From a virus: 64,000 nt of DNA. Made by a program: the position numbers and the translations under genes. A model generated the notes under the pieces. The model was given only the letters and a program-made list of their open reading frames with translations, did not search any database and had not been told where the DNA came from. This document shows positions 37,701 through 46,439 of the stretch, in pieces (within the stretch, counting starts at the first letter, position 1; the number at the start of each line of letters is the position of its first letter). The stretch spans positions 7,929 through 71,928 of the IMG/VR virus record IMGVR_UViG_3300006810_000035; one strand, written 5' to 3'.

Positions 37701-40400
37701 GAGAAGCTTAATGCAGCAGCTATTAAAGTATTGGAAATTAATCAAGAATATTCTATATTAAGAAGAGATAATCTTACTGATATATTAGTTTCTAAGTCTA
37801 ATAGAATGAGAGATTGGTATAGGGATGAATATGAAAAAGAATTTTATGCAGAAGTAGGAGGTTATTCAAATGCTAAAAAAGAATTTGGAAAAGAACTACA
37901 AGATAAAAAACAAGATTATATAGCAGAAAAATTAGCAGAAAATTCAGATTTAATACAAAGAGCTGAAAGAAATTATATAAGAGATATACTTAAGGCAGCA
38001 CCTAAAGATATTGAAGGTGGGATATTTGCTCAATACGCTGTTGATCCTAGAAGTTTAGATGATGCTCTAATACAGACAGCTGTAGAATTATTAGATAATG
38101 CTGATTATGAGGCAATGAGGAGATTCTTAGATGAAAGAAATTCATCATTAGATGTATATGAAGAATATTATCAATGGAAAGGTAAGCCATCTGACCAAAC
38201 AGTTTTATATGATGGAATTATTGAAAAAGTAGACGGTAAAGAAACTAACCATATAGTTGGTAAATTCTTATCTTCATTTAAAGATGCTGTTAGACAATTT
38301 TACGAAGATAATCCAGATGCAACTAAAGCAGAAATTAAAAAGTTTTATATGGATACTAAAGGGGATTATATAAATCCTCAATGGGTCCAATTAGAAAAAC
38401 TTAGAGAATCCCATCCTAATGGAGATCATCCAAAATTAAGAATGTATGATTATCTTATGACTAAATTTAAGGAAAAGGATAGTATGGTTAATCCTGGTCA
38501 AAGATTAAACATAGATGTAGATAAATACCATCCTACTTTTAAATTACCTTCTATAGAGAAAACTGCTATGGAAAGTATGTATGAACAAGGATTATTTACT
38601 TCAGTTAAGCAATCAATAAGAAGAGGTACTAAAAGAACTACTGAGGATATAGAATTTGGAGATGTTCCAGAAATGTCTGTTAACTTTAAAAATGTACTAA
38701 TTAATGAGGCTGGTAAAGAGAATCAGCACATACCTGTTTATTATAGAGGTAATATAGAAAACATTAATAAACAATCTTTTGATTTAATGGGTATTCATTT
38801 AATGGATCATCATCAATTAATAAATTATCAAGAAAAGAATAAAGTTGGTTCTACATTAGAGTTAATGGCAGAACAAGCTGGAGAAAGAGAAGTAAATAGA
38901 AGAGAAAATGGTAAACTACTTATTAATCCTTTAGGTACAAGAGATTTAACACCTGTTCCAAAAGCAGGTATTGAGTCTAGTTCGTATAAAGCTTTGCATT
39001 CTATAATACAAGATAGATTATATGGAATATCTTCTATACCTATTGGTAACATAGGGGGCACTAATCTAAATAAAGTTGGAGATGGTTTAATGGCTTGGAC
39101 AGGTCATACACTGCTTATTATGAATAAAATGGCTGCAGGAGTAAACATATTACAAGGTAAATATCAAAACTTCTTAGAAGGTGCTGGTGGTACAATATAT
39201 AATAGAAAAAATCTAAGAGTAGCTGAAAAATTAGTAGCTAAAGATTCTGTTCATATGGGTGCTGATTGGGGTAGAAATAGACCAAAAGCAATTACTAACT
39301 TATTAATTGAACTATTTGATGCTCAAAGTGATTTTTCAGGATTGAAATATAGATTATCTGAAGATAATAAATTAAAAAGATTAGTTAGTTCTTCAACTGG
39401 ACATATACTTAATCATGCTGGTGAGAATTATATTCAATCTACTTTAATGTATGCTATATTAGATGCAACAAAGGTTAAAGATGCAGCAGGAAATAAAATA
39501 CCATTACATGAAGCATATGAAAGACAGTATAAAACTAAAGATGGGAATTGGCTATCAGAAAAAGAAAAATCCAATTTATCTGATTCTAGTATATTAACAG
39601 AAAATGTTAGATTGGCAGTTAAAGAAGGTATAGAGATATCAAGAGATTTTGAAAAAGATATATCTAGAAAAATAAAACAAACTGTTAAAATACTTCATGG
39701 TAATTATGATTCTAACAATCAAGCTATGGCTCAAAGATATGCAGTGCTTAAATTATCATTTATGTTACGTAAATGGTTAATACCAGGAATGCAAAGAAGA
39801 TGGAGAGGAGTTAAATATTCTTTTAAAGATAATGAATCTAGAACTATACATGATGTAGCATATGACCCATTACTAAATAAATCAGTAGAAGGTTATTATT
39901 CTACAACTATTAGGTTCTTATGGAATGCTAAAAAAGAACTCAAAAAATTTGAATTTGGAATAGTATCTGGACAATGGAATAATTTAACTGATGAAGAAAG
40001 AGCTAATATTAGAAAGACTATAATTGATATATCAACAATGATATCTTCTTTAGCAGCAGCTTCTTTCTTAGCTGGACTTGCAGAAGGTGTAGATGATGAG
40101 GATAAAGATGTATATTATTCACTTGCCTACTTATTTAGAAGACATTATTCAGAATTACGTTTTTATACTTCACCAACTGAAGGAATGAAGATATTATCTT
40201 CACCAGCAGCATCATTAAGTATGATTCAAAAAACTAGTTCTTTTATTGATCAAGCTTTTACAGCTCCAACTGAAAGATATGTTAAAGGTCCTAAAAAGGG
40301 AGATTTAAAATTATATCATCAAGGGGCTAAATTAACTCCAGTTTTAAGTCAAACTGAAAGAAATATTAAAGATATCTATGATTGGTTAGAAAGAAATTAA
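34749..40400 (+). CDS. Giant polyvalent virion cargo protein: nucleotidyltransferase domain, zincin (HExxH) domain and C-terminal helical/membrane region
   Basis: LTGSLAL...HDLDFVV (about 35585-35670); TAIHEFGH (HEFGH 36906-36920); LHGNY...R.W....QRRW...EGYY crAss cargo C-terminal pattern. Confidence 0.7.
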   Translation: MALTCPNINLPEWKQLEANHPDLAYFYWDKYDGEIPSDLLKETPDVLNKKLKEGFLKDWNVEVADYDSIKDALGHDSTQMIDLLSKFIALEKGESLDKSTAFFAFRMLGKQNNKVISELRYRVNAWDKYKEKFDFYKKELFNQTGFIKNRKDWINAVRDKVIVDYLAETIVEYDKNPIEFENVTDRKWTQEDFTFFAKLARAIRNFFQKLGVIQNSKEESQKIAKNIVTQIAHEVLTQEYDILNYELEEGQVQKYYENTIASDKKAKEIVEYHQDNGMVLTGSLALRKAGTVYRTLEENLHDLDFVVPFETSDAPVNQEILREIKKRQGGNLQASGKKTLEIIEDLHWFSNFKSQYPSYQLLQGFYGSEHGSYESFTVTGVVDGEFYESNGTHEVTNNDGTTTNIKHEKGDWIEGTGYIVDHFVRLEPNQEEHENYFKLWKEIMIAKLKMNRAKDLTDFKNFVPFTKSKDSYNFYYKDWVFQTGKNDKAAEKEEDVVYYHKQPEFAITEDEFKLNLRRIVYRDVVKSKGWVSKNKKIQGKRAIKHVYKNASLSAMKDPEARRNAVIYHYNSLSTMNKRFNNGEQPFIITKLSSTFVTSNNQRIEIPNYTVEFNDDYLDVEWEKAKSSQVNLPLNDKSEAQLNIDFGKDFKQKATPIDTGFDTVEDLNDKINILKKSLPMADVSFNGDLSKNVYGRLITKKGESPVVEINPRYNKRDTAIHEFGHLYIDLLGGMNNNFIKRGRRLLEGSDVEFEVTAAYPELSGEMLDKEILTTATGREGADLYDLKKQSPFKAWIKIFLNKIKLALNLRGNVALELAQQMLNNKVNKSQLNSSLNDVIQNSKTNGYEEYASKEDNLVSDMAIKILDRIKILQSKYKKTNNEKFKKQIEKLVKILDTNRDAKGIIRYTEETIARSASIVSRMNKIRLDDESSPIEKAEDIRQLGIYLKSFSLIPDVKELYLEIRKNPSTPEEKELVRLMENAETEEKLNAAAIKVLEINQEYSILRRDNLTDILVSKSNRMRDWYRDEYEKEFYAEVGGYSNAKKEFGKELQDKKQDYIAEKLAENSDLIQRAERNYIRDILKAAPKDIEGGIFAQYAVDPRSLDDALIQTAVELLDNADYEAMRRFLDERNSSLDVYEEYYQWKGKPSDQTVLYDGIIEKVDGKETNHIVGKFLSSFKDAVRQFYEDNPDATKAEIKKFYMDTKGDYINPQWVQLEKLRESHPNGDHPKLRMYDYLMTKFKEKDSMVNPGQRLNIDVDKYHPTFKLPSIEKTAMESMYEQGLFTSVKQSIRRGTKRTTEDIEFGDVPEMSVNFKNVLINEAGKENQHIPVYYRGNIENINKQSFDLMGIHLMDHHQLINYQEKNKVGSTLELMAEQAGEREVNRRENGKLLINPLGTRDLTPVPKAGIESSSYKALHSIIQDRLYGISSIPIGNIGGTNLNKVGDGLMAWTGHTLLIMNKMAAGVNILQGKYQNFLEGAGGTIYNRKNLRVAEKLVAKDSVHMGADWGRNRPKAITNLLIELFDAQSDFSGLKYRLSEDNKLKRLVSSSTGHILNHAGENYIQSTLMYAILDATKVKDAAGNKIPLHEAYERQYKTKDGNWLSEKEKSNLSDSSILTENVRLAVKEGIEISRDFEKDISRKIKQTVKILHGNYDSNNQAMAQRYAVLKLSFMLRKWLIPGMQRRWRGVKYSFKDNESRTIHDVAYDPLLNKSVEGYYSTTIRFLWNAKKELKKFEFGIVSGQWNNLTDEERANIRKTIIDISTMISSLAAASFLAGLAEGVDDEDKDVYYSLAYLFRRHYSELRFYTSPTEGMKILSSPAASLSMIQKTSSFIDQAFTAPTERYVKGPKKGDLKLYHQGAKLTPVLSQTERNIKDIYDWLERN

Positions 40401-40407
40401 AAAGTCT

Positions 40408-40453
40408 AAAAAAAAGAGCTAGAGCTCTAGGGTTTCCCCTAGGCTCTGCTCTT
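40408..40453. terminator. Terminator between the convergent genome arms
   Basis: A8 run, then GAGC(T)AGAGC(T)CTAGGG-tttc-CCCTAGGCTCTGCTCT; the U-tail is on the - strand. Confidence 0.75.
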
Positions 40454-40600
40454 CCTCCAAATGAACACCACAAACAATACTAATGCTGAGAAGTTAACTA
40501 TGTTAACAGTATCACTGTTTACTAGATTAAGCTCTCTTAATAGTATAGCTATAGAACTAAATAGTATTAGTATTATAGCATATTTTATAACATATTGCAT
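40439..40600 (-). CDS. Small two-TM membrane protein (53 aa, below ORF-track cutoff)
   Basis: MQYVIKYAIILILFSSIAILLRELNLVNSDTVNIVNFSALVLFVVFIWRKSRA*. Confidence 0.55.
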   Translation of the reverse strand: MQYVIKYAIILILFSSIAILLRELNLVNSDTVNIVNFSALVLFVVFIWRKSRA

Positions 40601-40630
40601 AGCTTAGAGGTGTTGGTTAATCTTAATATT

Positions 40631-40771
40631 AAATAAGAGTGTAGGTCTTTGTTGAAAAATATAGTATTCATAATTATACAAATCTCTATGGGTGATCTTT
40701 GCCCCCAAATTTTTAACCATAGAGGGTTGTTTATAAAAAATTGATTAATTATTGCCTACACTCTTTTATTT
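40631..40771. ncRNA. Candidate structured RNA (closing stem, central bubble, terminal stem-loop)
   Basis: AAGAGTGTAGG 40635-40645 pairs perfectly with CCTACACTCTT 40755-40765; inner CTCTATGG 40684-40691 pairs with CCATAGAG 40717-40724. Confidence 0.45.
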
Positions 40772-41486
40772 ATAATGTTGTTTCTTTTAATATTATAGAT
40801 AATAATCTTGTTGCTTCTGCTTGAGATTCATCTCTTATTTTATGTAATTCTAATATTTTTAAATATTTATTATCACCTAAAAATCCAGATTTAATAATTT
40901 TGTATCTATCCTCATAATCTTTATATCCTTTAATTGATACTAATGCATTTTCTCTAAGATTATGATATACTGTTTGCCTAGCCCTGCAATCTAAGAATTT
41001 ATAAAGTCTTATCATATTACTGTCAGGTCTATTTTTACCATATTCCTGCTTGTCAGTTCTTATAGTAGGATATTTAATTATTAATACATTACAAAATATT
41101 AATCTAGCTAATGGGTCATAATTAGGTTTATTTTTACTTATACATGGATCTAAATTAAGAGTTATCATTATTTCTCTAAGATTCTTCATATCCTCATCAA
41201 TCTCATATACAACTTCTGGAGTTTTTTCAAGTTTTGCTTCTTTAACAAAGTTATCCCAACCACCAAATTGTTTCAATATTGTATATGGAGTACCTAACTT
41301 GGCTTTAACAAATTCTGTTTGTAAAGGAATTTTACCAGAAGTTTGTCTAAGAACTTTAAGTTTCATTATATATTCAGATTTTATCGGGGATACTTTTCTA
41401 CTTTTTTTAACTTTTTCTGTGTACTTTTTCATAATTAGTCTTCCTTGTTTTATTTTACTCCAATATAATGATGGTCTTGTAACCAA
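40770..41486 (-). CDS. Putative DNA-binding protein with homing-endonuclease-associated repeat and HTH-like region
   Basis: GKIP...EF.....PYTILKQFGGWDNFVKEAKL; AR.IF...R.TVYH. True start may be MKKYTEK. Confidence 0.5.
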   Translation of the reverse strand: MVTRPSLYWSKIKQGRLIMKKYTEKVKKSRKVSPIKSEYIMKLKVLRQTSGKIPLQTEFVKAKLGTPYTILKQFGGWDNFVKEAKLEKTPEVVYEIDEDMKNLREIMITLNLDPCISKNKPNYDPLARLIFCNVLIIKYPTIRTDKQEYGKNRPDSNMIRLYKFLDCRARQTVYHNLRENALVSIKGYKDYEDRYKIIKSGFLGDNKYLKILELHKIRDESQAEATRLLSIILKETTL

Positions 41487-41698
41487 GAATTTCCATCTTT
41501 ATCTCTAACAATAAAATCATATTGTCTTTTATGTTTTTCTAATTCCTTTTCAGTTTTAGTTAATGATATAGGGTTTATTATTACATCTACGTTTTTTATT
41601 TTATCATAATGCGTTGCTTCCCAATTACTCATAATTAATCCTCTTATTTTTGCTTTTAAACTTTTTATATCCACCTTTTTCATAGTACCAAGTATCAA
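41450..41698 (-). CDS. Hypothetical protein
   Basis: 82-aa ORF in the - strand operon. Confidence 0.5.
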   Translation of the reverse strand: MILGTMKKVDIKSLKAKIRGLIMSNWEATHYDKIKNVDVIINPISLTKTEKELEKHKRQYDFIVRDKDGNSWLQDHHYIGVK

Positions 41699-41770
41699 TA
41701 GACTCTACTGCCACTCTAATTACTACAAATGATATAAGCATAATCATTGTAATTAATATTATCTCCATAA

Positions 41771-42016
41771 TTAATCCTCCTTATTTATTAAATCAACATT
41801 TTCATAAGCTTCAATCCAAACAGTAGCACCACAACTAAGAGGTTTGTCTGGAGAATAAATTACTTTTGCAGCTTCTTCTCCATCTTTACCATATATTATA
41901 GCTTCGTGAGCATAATTATTAGACTTATAAGTTTTACAAGTTAAAACAGGCTCAGTAATTCCATTCTTTTTATTAGACTTGATTTTATGTTGATTAACAT
42001 GAATTATTTTCTTCAT
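41771..42016 (-). CDS. Conserved phage hypothetical protein
   Basis: IHVNQH.IK.N...PVLTCK...YAHE...YSPDKPLSCGA.VWIE. Confidence 0.65.
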   Translation of the reverse strand: MKKIIHVNQHKIKSNKKNGITEPVLTCKTYKSNNYAHEAIIYGKDGEEAAKVIYSPDKPLSCGATVWIEAYENVDLINKED

Positions 42017-42709
42017 TTACCATTTTATTATATAGTTTTCTGGGTTTTCATCAATCCCTTTAGCTATTTCTGTTAAACATTCATTAATTTTAGTGAAAGG
42101 TTTACTTTTCAACCATTCTTTATTTTTAGGATGTGGAGATTTAATAACTAAATTACTTTTATACTTATTAAATATTTTACTATATTCATATGCTTGTTCT
42201 CCACAACATAAGTATACAATACCTACCTTCTCTTCAGATAACTTTTCAAATAAGTGTTTAGTAAATTTTCTCCATTGTTTTATATGTGAATTAGGTTTAC
42301 CTTCTTCTATAGTTAATGTTGTATTTAATAATAACACTCCTTGTTTAGCCCAATCCTTTAATGAATAATCAAATAATAAATCTAAACCTGCTATATCATT
42401 TTCATATTCCTTATGAATATTTACCATATCTACAGGTATAGGACCACCACCTCCATAAGCTAATGCTAAACCAGTGGCTTGATTAACTTTTGGATAAGGT
42501 TCTCTACTGATAATTACAACTTTTAAAGTATCTAATGGACACTCTCTGAAGGCTCTGAAGATGTCTTCTTTGTCTGGGAATACTCTTGTATCAAAAGAGC
42601 TTCTTCTATCCTTTAAAAACCTTCCTAGACGTTTAAAATAGTCAGATTGAATACAATCTTTCATTAAGTTATACCAATCCTCTCCCATTTGTTTTTTCAA
42701 TTCACTCAT
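42017..42709 (-). CDS. ung: Uracil-DNA glycosylase family 1, divergent active site
   Basis: VFP..EDIFRAF..CP...LKVVI, W..QGVLLLNT.LT and SH...W..FT match UNG; GQDPY is replaced by SREPY and HPSPLS by HPKNKE. Confidence 0.75.
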   Translation of the reverse strand: MSELKKQMGEDWYNLMKDCIQSDYFKRLGRFLKDRRSSFDTRVFPDKEDIFRAFRECPLDTLKVVIISREPYPKVNQATGLALAYGGGGPIPVDMVNIHKEYENDIAGLDLLFDYSLKDWAKQGVLLLNTTLTIEEGKPNSHIKQWRKFTKHLFEKLSEEKVGIVYLCCGEQAYEYSKIFNKYKSNLVIKSPHPKNKEWLKSKPFTKINECLTEIAKGIDENPENYIIKW

Positions 42710-42893
42710 CTTCCTTATATATAACTTTTTTTATTTCATAATGAAGGATTCCCATACCTTCCATATGTTCTTTTATACTCCTCTTTAAACTATCAAGTGA
42801 ATTTCTTTCTTAAAAGATTGTTTTGAAACCTTGACTATCTTTAAAGTAAGCACCGTATCCTCTAAATGATTTTTCAATTTTTACTATAATCAA
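42702..42893 (-). pseudogene. Small HicB-like ORF interrupted by an in-frame TAA
   Basis: TTG start after AGGAGG; MIIVKIEKSFRGYGAYFKDSQGFKTIF*ERNSLDSLKRSIKEHMEGMGILHYEIKKVIYKEDE*; internal stop at 42810-42812. Confidence 0.45.
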
Positions 42894-42908
42894 AATTTCC
42901 TCCTTTTT

Positions 42909-43172
42909 TTATAAGTCCATTGGTCTACACCAGCGTTCAAATTTATAATTAGGTATCTCAACATCTGTTGTTTCATACCCATCTCTTTTATATGCTTTCA
43001 TAGTAACATTATCAACCCACTGCATCTGTCTTTCTACATCAACTTCTATCCAAGCCCACTTCTTATTGCATATAGGTTTTGGTTCAGGGCTTGGTTCTAT
43101 ACCAAAAAGATACTTTTCTTGTTGAGCTGCATATTCTTCCATATATTTCTTTTCTTCTTTACTTACCCACAT
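42909..43172 (-). CDS. Hypothetical protein
   Basis: 87-aa ORF in the - strand operon. Confidence 0.55.
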   Translation of the reverse strand: MWVSKEEKKYMEEYAAQQEKYLFGIEPSPEPKPICNKKWAWIEVDVERQMQWVDNVTMKAYKRDGYETTDVEIPNYKFERWCRPMDL

Positions 43173-43174
43173 AT

Positions 43175-43528
43175 CTAATCTGTTTTTTCGGTATTATCAA
43201 TAAATTTTCTAAGATAGTCTATAGGGTTATCACATATAACCATTTGCATTAAATGTAGTTCAACATCGTGATAATAACTATTATCATATACTTGCCCTGT
43301 TAATGGTTTTGGTTTAAGCCCTGTAAAAAAAGCTTTAGCAAAGTCGTGAGAGAATAATAGATTATAACAATCATACGTATCAAGCATAGCCCAACTATCC
43401 TTTCTAACATCATCAAACATAACATCACCCACCATTCTGTTAAAGGTGTAGTAATTCACATCCTTTGTTTTAAGACCATTATCTATAGCTATCTCAATAG
43501 CTTTCTGTAGTACTTCTTTATCTGTCAT
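43175..43528 (-). CDS. Phage hypothetical protein
   Basis: L.KAI..A..NG...LFSHDFAKAFF...HL.QMV...PI.YL pattern. Confidence 0.6.
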   Translation of the reverse strand: MTDKEVLQKAIEIAIDNGLKTKDVNYYTFNRMVGDVMFDDVRKDSWAMLDTYDCYNLLFSHDFAKAFFTGLKPKPLTGQVYDNSYYHDVELHLMQMVICDNPIDYLRKFIDNTEKTD

Positions 43529-44015
43529 TTTTAACCTTTTTTAATTCTGATTCTTTAATTTTTTTAATTTCACAATCAACTAATACTTTAACCATCCAAC
43601 AACCTTCCTCATAATCAAGCTCTCTACAAACATACTCTCCTTTGATTGAAGAAATAAATATCAACATTCCACTTGTATCTTTACCAAGATGTTTATCCAA
43701 TGTATCTAGTTCCCACTCAACCTTGTCCCCCTTCTTGAACTTAGCTTTTTGCTTGCCTATCTCTAAGTCTAATAGTTTTCTGTCAATCTTCTTTTGCTTA
43801 TCTTTAACTCCATTTAAAAACATTTTCCTTTTAGACTCTTCTGACTCTATTTTTTGACAGGTTTCTTTTGCGTATTTAACTGTAAAGTTCTCCTGTATCA
43901 TTATCTCAACATCTCCTCTCGTGAGCTGTTTGTTTTTATTACTTCCTATAACTACAGTAAACATAATGTTTATAAATATACTTACTCCTGTTAGAATTAC
44001 TAATATTGTTATCAT
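43518..44015 (-). CDS. Membrane-anchored protein with C-terminal SH3-like region
   Basis: N-terminal TM segment; KFKKGDKV...ESEL. Confidence 0.55.
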   Translation of the reverse strand: MITILVILTGVSIFINIMFTVVIGSNKNKQLTRGDVEIMIQENFTVKYAKETCQKIESEESKRKMFLNGVKDKQKKIDRKLLDLEIGKQKAKFKKGDKVEWELDTLDKHLGKDTSGMLIFISSIKGEYVCRELDYEEGCWMVKVLVDCEIKKIKESELKKVKNDR

Positions 44016-44021
44016 GATTTC

Positions 44022-44252
44022 TTATTTTTTAATTTTATAACTTTGTGATCTATATTCATTAACTTTATTAAGAATTTCATCTCTAGTATAAATACCTTCA
44101 TCAAAACTTACTCTTAGGTTAGCTGTAGTATCACTATATCTTACTTCAAGATTTTTTATCTTTGGAAATTCATATTTAATTATATCATATAAAATATTTT
44201 CAGTTTTTGTAACAAAATCTTTTTTCATATATTCTTCTATTTCATCTTTCAT
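44022..44252 (-). CDS. Hypothetical protein
   Basis: 76-aa ORF. Confidence 0.5.
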   Translation of the reverse strand: MKDEIEEYMKKDFVTKTENILYDIIKYEFPKIKNLEVRYSDTTANLRVSFDEGIYTRDEILNKVNEYRSQSYKIKK

Positions 44253-44446
44253 GACATATCCTCCTTATAACATTCTCTACAGAATAAAAGTGTCTTACCT
44301 TCAATCTTAGCAGGTTTTAAATACTCCTTAAACTCCTTGCTTCCACATTCATCACATTTAACACCTGTTTGTTCAAGCATTTGATGATACATTTCTTCAT
44401 TTAATTGATTGAGTCTTTCTGCGTTATTTTCTTCATCTGTTATCAT
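44249..44446 (-). CDS. Small zinc-finger protein
   Basis: CDEC...CREC; likely start MITDEEN rather than the track's 44476. Confidence 0.55.
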   Translation of the reverse strand: MITDEENNAERLNQLNEEMYHQMLEQTGVKCDECGSKEFKEYLKPAKIEGKTLLFCRECYKEDMS

Positions 44447-44561
44447 AATTTTAAATGTAATTAAAGAGAGGTGCAATTGAGTTTTTATGCTACATTAGGT
44501 TTCTCCCTTTCAGGCGCATTAGCGAGATTTTGCTATTCTATCTTCCTCTCTTATAAAATTT

Positions 44562-45434
44562 TTATTCTTTATCTTCTTCTAATCTAGCAATTTCTAAGCT
44601 TGATTCAGAAGCTATTTCTATATCCCCTGTATAAACCTCTTCATCTTCATTAGGAATACTATACAATTCTAAATCTTCTTTTTTAATATCTACTGTTATA
44701 TCATTACCTAAAACATTTTTTAATTCTTCTATTTGTTTATCAGTTTTATATAATATACCATAGGTAGAAGTTTCAGGAATATCTTCTTCACTAACCATAG
44801 CTGGATTTATAGAAAATTTTAATATCTTTTTCTTGTAATCATCTGTAAATTTAGAATACTTACCTTTTTTGAATAATTCATAATTATACATATCATTTTT
44901 TGTCATTTTAAATACATATAATACATGATGATCATCAACATCTATTCTTCTTTCATATAAATCATGTTTAAATAATTTATCTTCAAATTTAGCAAATGTT
45001 AAATCACCTGAATACCTATATAATACGTATATATTATTCAAGTATCCTTCTTCCTTAGTTCCAACATAACAATTAACAAAATGGGAACCAAACTTCATAC
45101 TTGTTTGAGTTTCATTTGTTAACCTTATCATTGGTAATATCCATCTACTAGCTTTTGTTAGCTTAGTAGAATATAAAGCATACATATGTTTACGTCTACT
45201 TCTCTTAATTATCTTAACTTTAAATGGTCTTGTATATTTATCAAATAGTCTAAGTGGTATAACATCTCCGGTATATATGACTAAATCATCTATTTTTAAA
45301 CCTATTATGTTTCCATCACTATCTAATTTTTCTCTAACATCACTAAGAGTATGATGTTTAACAAAGACCTCTCTAGAACTTATGCTGGTGAACGTCAATT
45401 TATCACCACTTTCCAACTCCACTTTTGTCTCCAT
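44562..45434 (-). CDS. crAss-like conserved hypothetical protein
   Basis: T.AS.WILPM...FVNCY...LYVF...Y.LF..GKYSKF...YK.KIL pattern; follows the 5' exonuclease. Confidence 0.6.
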   Translation of the reverse strand: METKVELESGDKLTFTSISSREVFVKHHTLSDVREKLDSDGNIIGLKIDDLVIYTGDVIPLRLFDKYTRPFKVKIIKRSRRKHMYALYSTKLTKASRWILPMIRLTNETQTSMKFGSHFVNCYVGTKEEGYLNNIYVLYRYSGDLTFAKFEDKLFKHDLYERRIDVDDHHVLYVFKMTKNDMYNYELFKKGKYSKFTDDYKKKILKFSINPAMVSEEDIPETSTYGILYKTDKQIEELKNVLGNDITVDIKKEDLELYSIPNEDEEVYTGDIEIASESSLEIARLEEDKE

Positions 45435-45447
45435 ATTATTTATTTAA

Positions 45448-46257
45448 TTAATCCCAAGAAGATATTTCTACATCCTCTTCTTTATCTTTTTTATATTCTA
45501 ATATCTCAGGTATTTCTGGAATATATCCAATTTCTCTAAGCATATCTTCATCAGTTTTTAATAAGTATATAAGTTTAAATGCCTCAGCAAATCTACTAAT
45601 ACCGTCTACTAATCCATACTTACTAGTATAGTTGCTTAATATTACTTCTTCTGGTTTCATTGTACCATCTGCAATTATTTCACATTCTAATATTCTAGTA
45701 GCTTTAGCAGGACCAACTCCTTCTATTCCACTAATACCATCTGTACTATCACCCATTAATAATTGAGTAAATAAAAAGTTTTTTGCTTCAGCTTTAGAAG
45801 TTTCTATAAATCCTTTTGACTTATAAGTTCCTTTACTTTCCATTTGATAGTTATAATGTCTACCTGGACATTGTTTTAACACATCCTTATCAGGACTACA
45901 TACAATAGTGTGAAATAAGTTATTATTTGATAACCAAGCCACACAATCATCTGCTTCTAACTTAGGTATATATATAGCTCCATATTTATCTATTAGATAT
46001 GCTTTAACAGCATTAAACCATTGAGCTTTTTTCTTATCTTTCCTACTACCTTTATAGTCTTTAGTGTATGCTCTATCATATCTAAAACACCCACTAGGAG
46101 TTAAAAAAGCAATGTATTTATTACTACCTGTTTCTTTAAAAATTCTTTCCATTCTCTCATCTATACCTTCTAATGCTTCTATTAAAGTTTCCTTAAATGC
46201 TTCATAGTATATTAATGAATCAGCATCTATTAGAAGTATATTATCTTTCTCTCTCAT
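45448..46257 (-). CDS. 5'-3' exonuclease (T5/T7 gp6-like, FEN family)
   Basis: LIDADSL, YKG.R, LEADD, SPDKD and GDSTD.I.GI.GVGP..A. Confidence 0.88.
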   Translation of the reverse strand: MREKDNILLIDADSLIYYEAFKETLIEALEGIDERMERIFKETGSNKYIAFLTPSGCFRYDRAYTKDYKGSRKDKKKAQWFNAVKAYLIDKYGAIYIPKLEADDCVAWLSNNNLFHTIVCSPDKDVLKQCPGRHYNYQMESKGTYKSKGFIETSKAEAKNFLFTQLLMGDSTDGISGIEGVGPAKATRILECEIIADGTMKPEEVILSNYTSKYGLVDGISRFAEAFKLIYLLKTDEDMLREIGYIPEIPEILEYKKDKEEDVEISSWD

Positions 46258-46439
46258 ATTTTTAATTTTTAATAGTAAAGTAAAGGTGAGCTAAACTAAC
46301 ACACTAACACATAAAACTCACCTAAACTTTACATTAATAATAGTATCCGGCTTTCTGATTTATTGATAATTATCATCTCTCTCGTCAGAGTTTTTTCCCA
46401 CGCATCCGGTTTTATTACATGCTGGCTTCAACTATTATT

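Noticed and set aside
2609-39061. Short antisense or alternate-frame ORFs inside the + arm genes (e.g. 10060..10329, 21894..22139, 22675..22974, 28018..28296)
   Set aside because: They are fully nested in long motif-bearing genes and have no recognisable motifs; treated as shadow ORFs.
40770-41486. Homing endonuclease
   Set aside because: Only the associated-repeat-like segment is visible; there is no HNH, GIY-YIG or LAGLIDADG catalytic motif.
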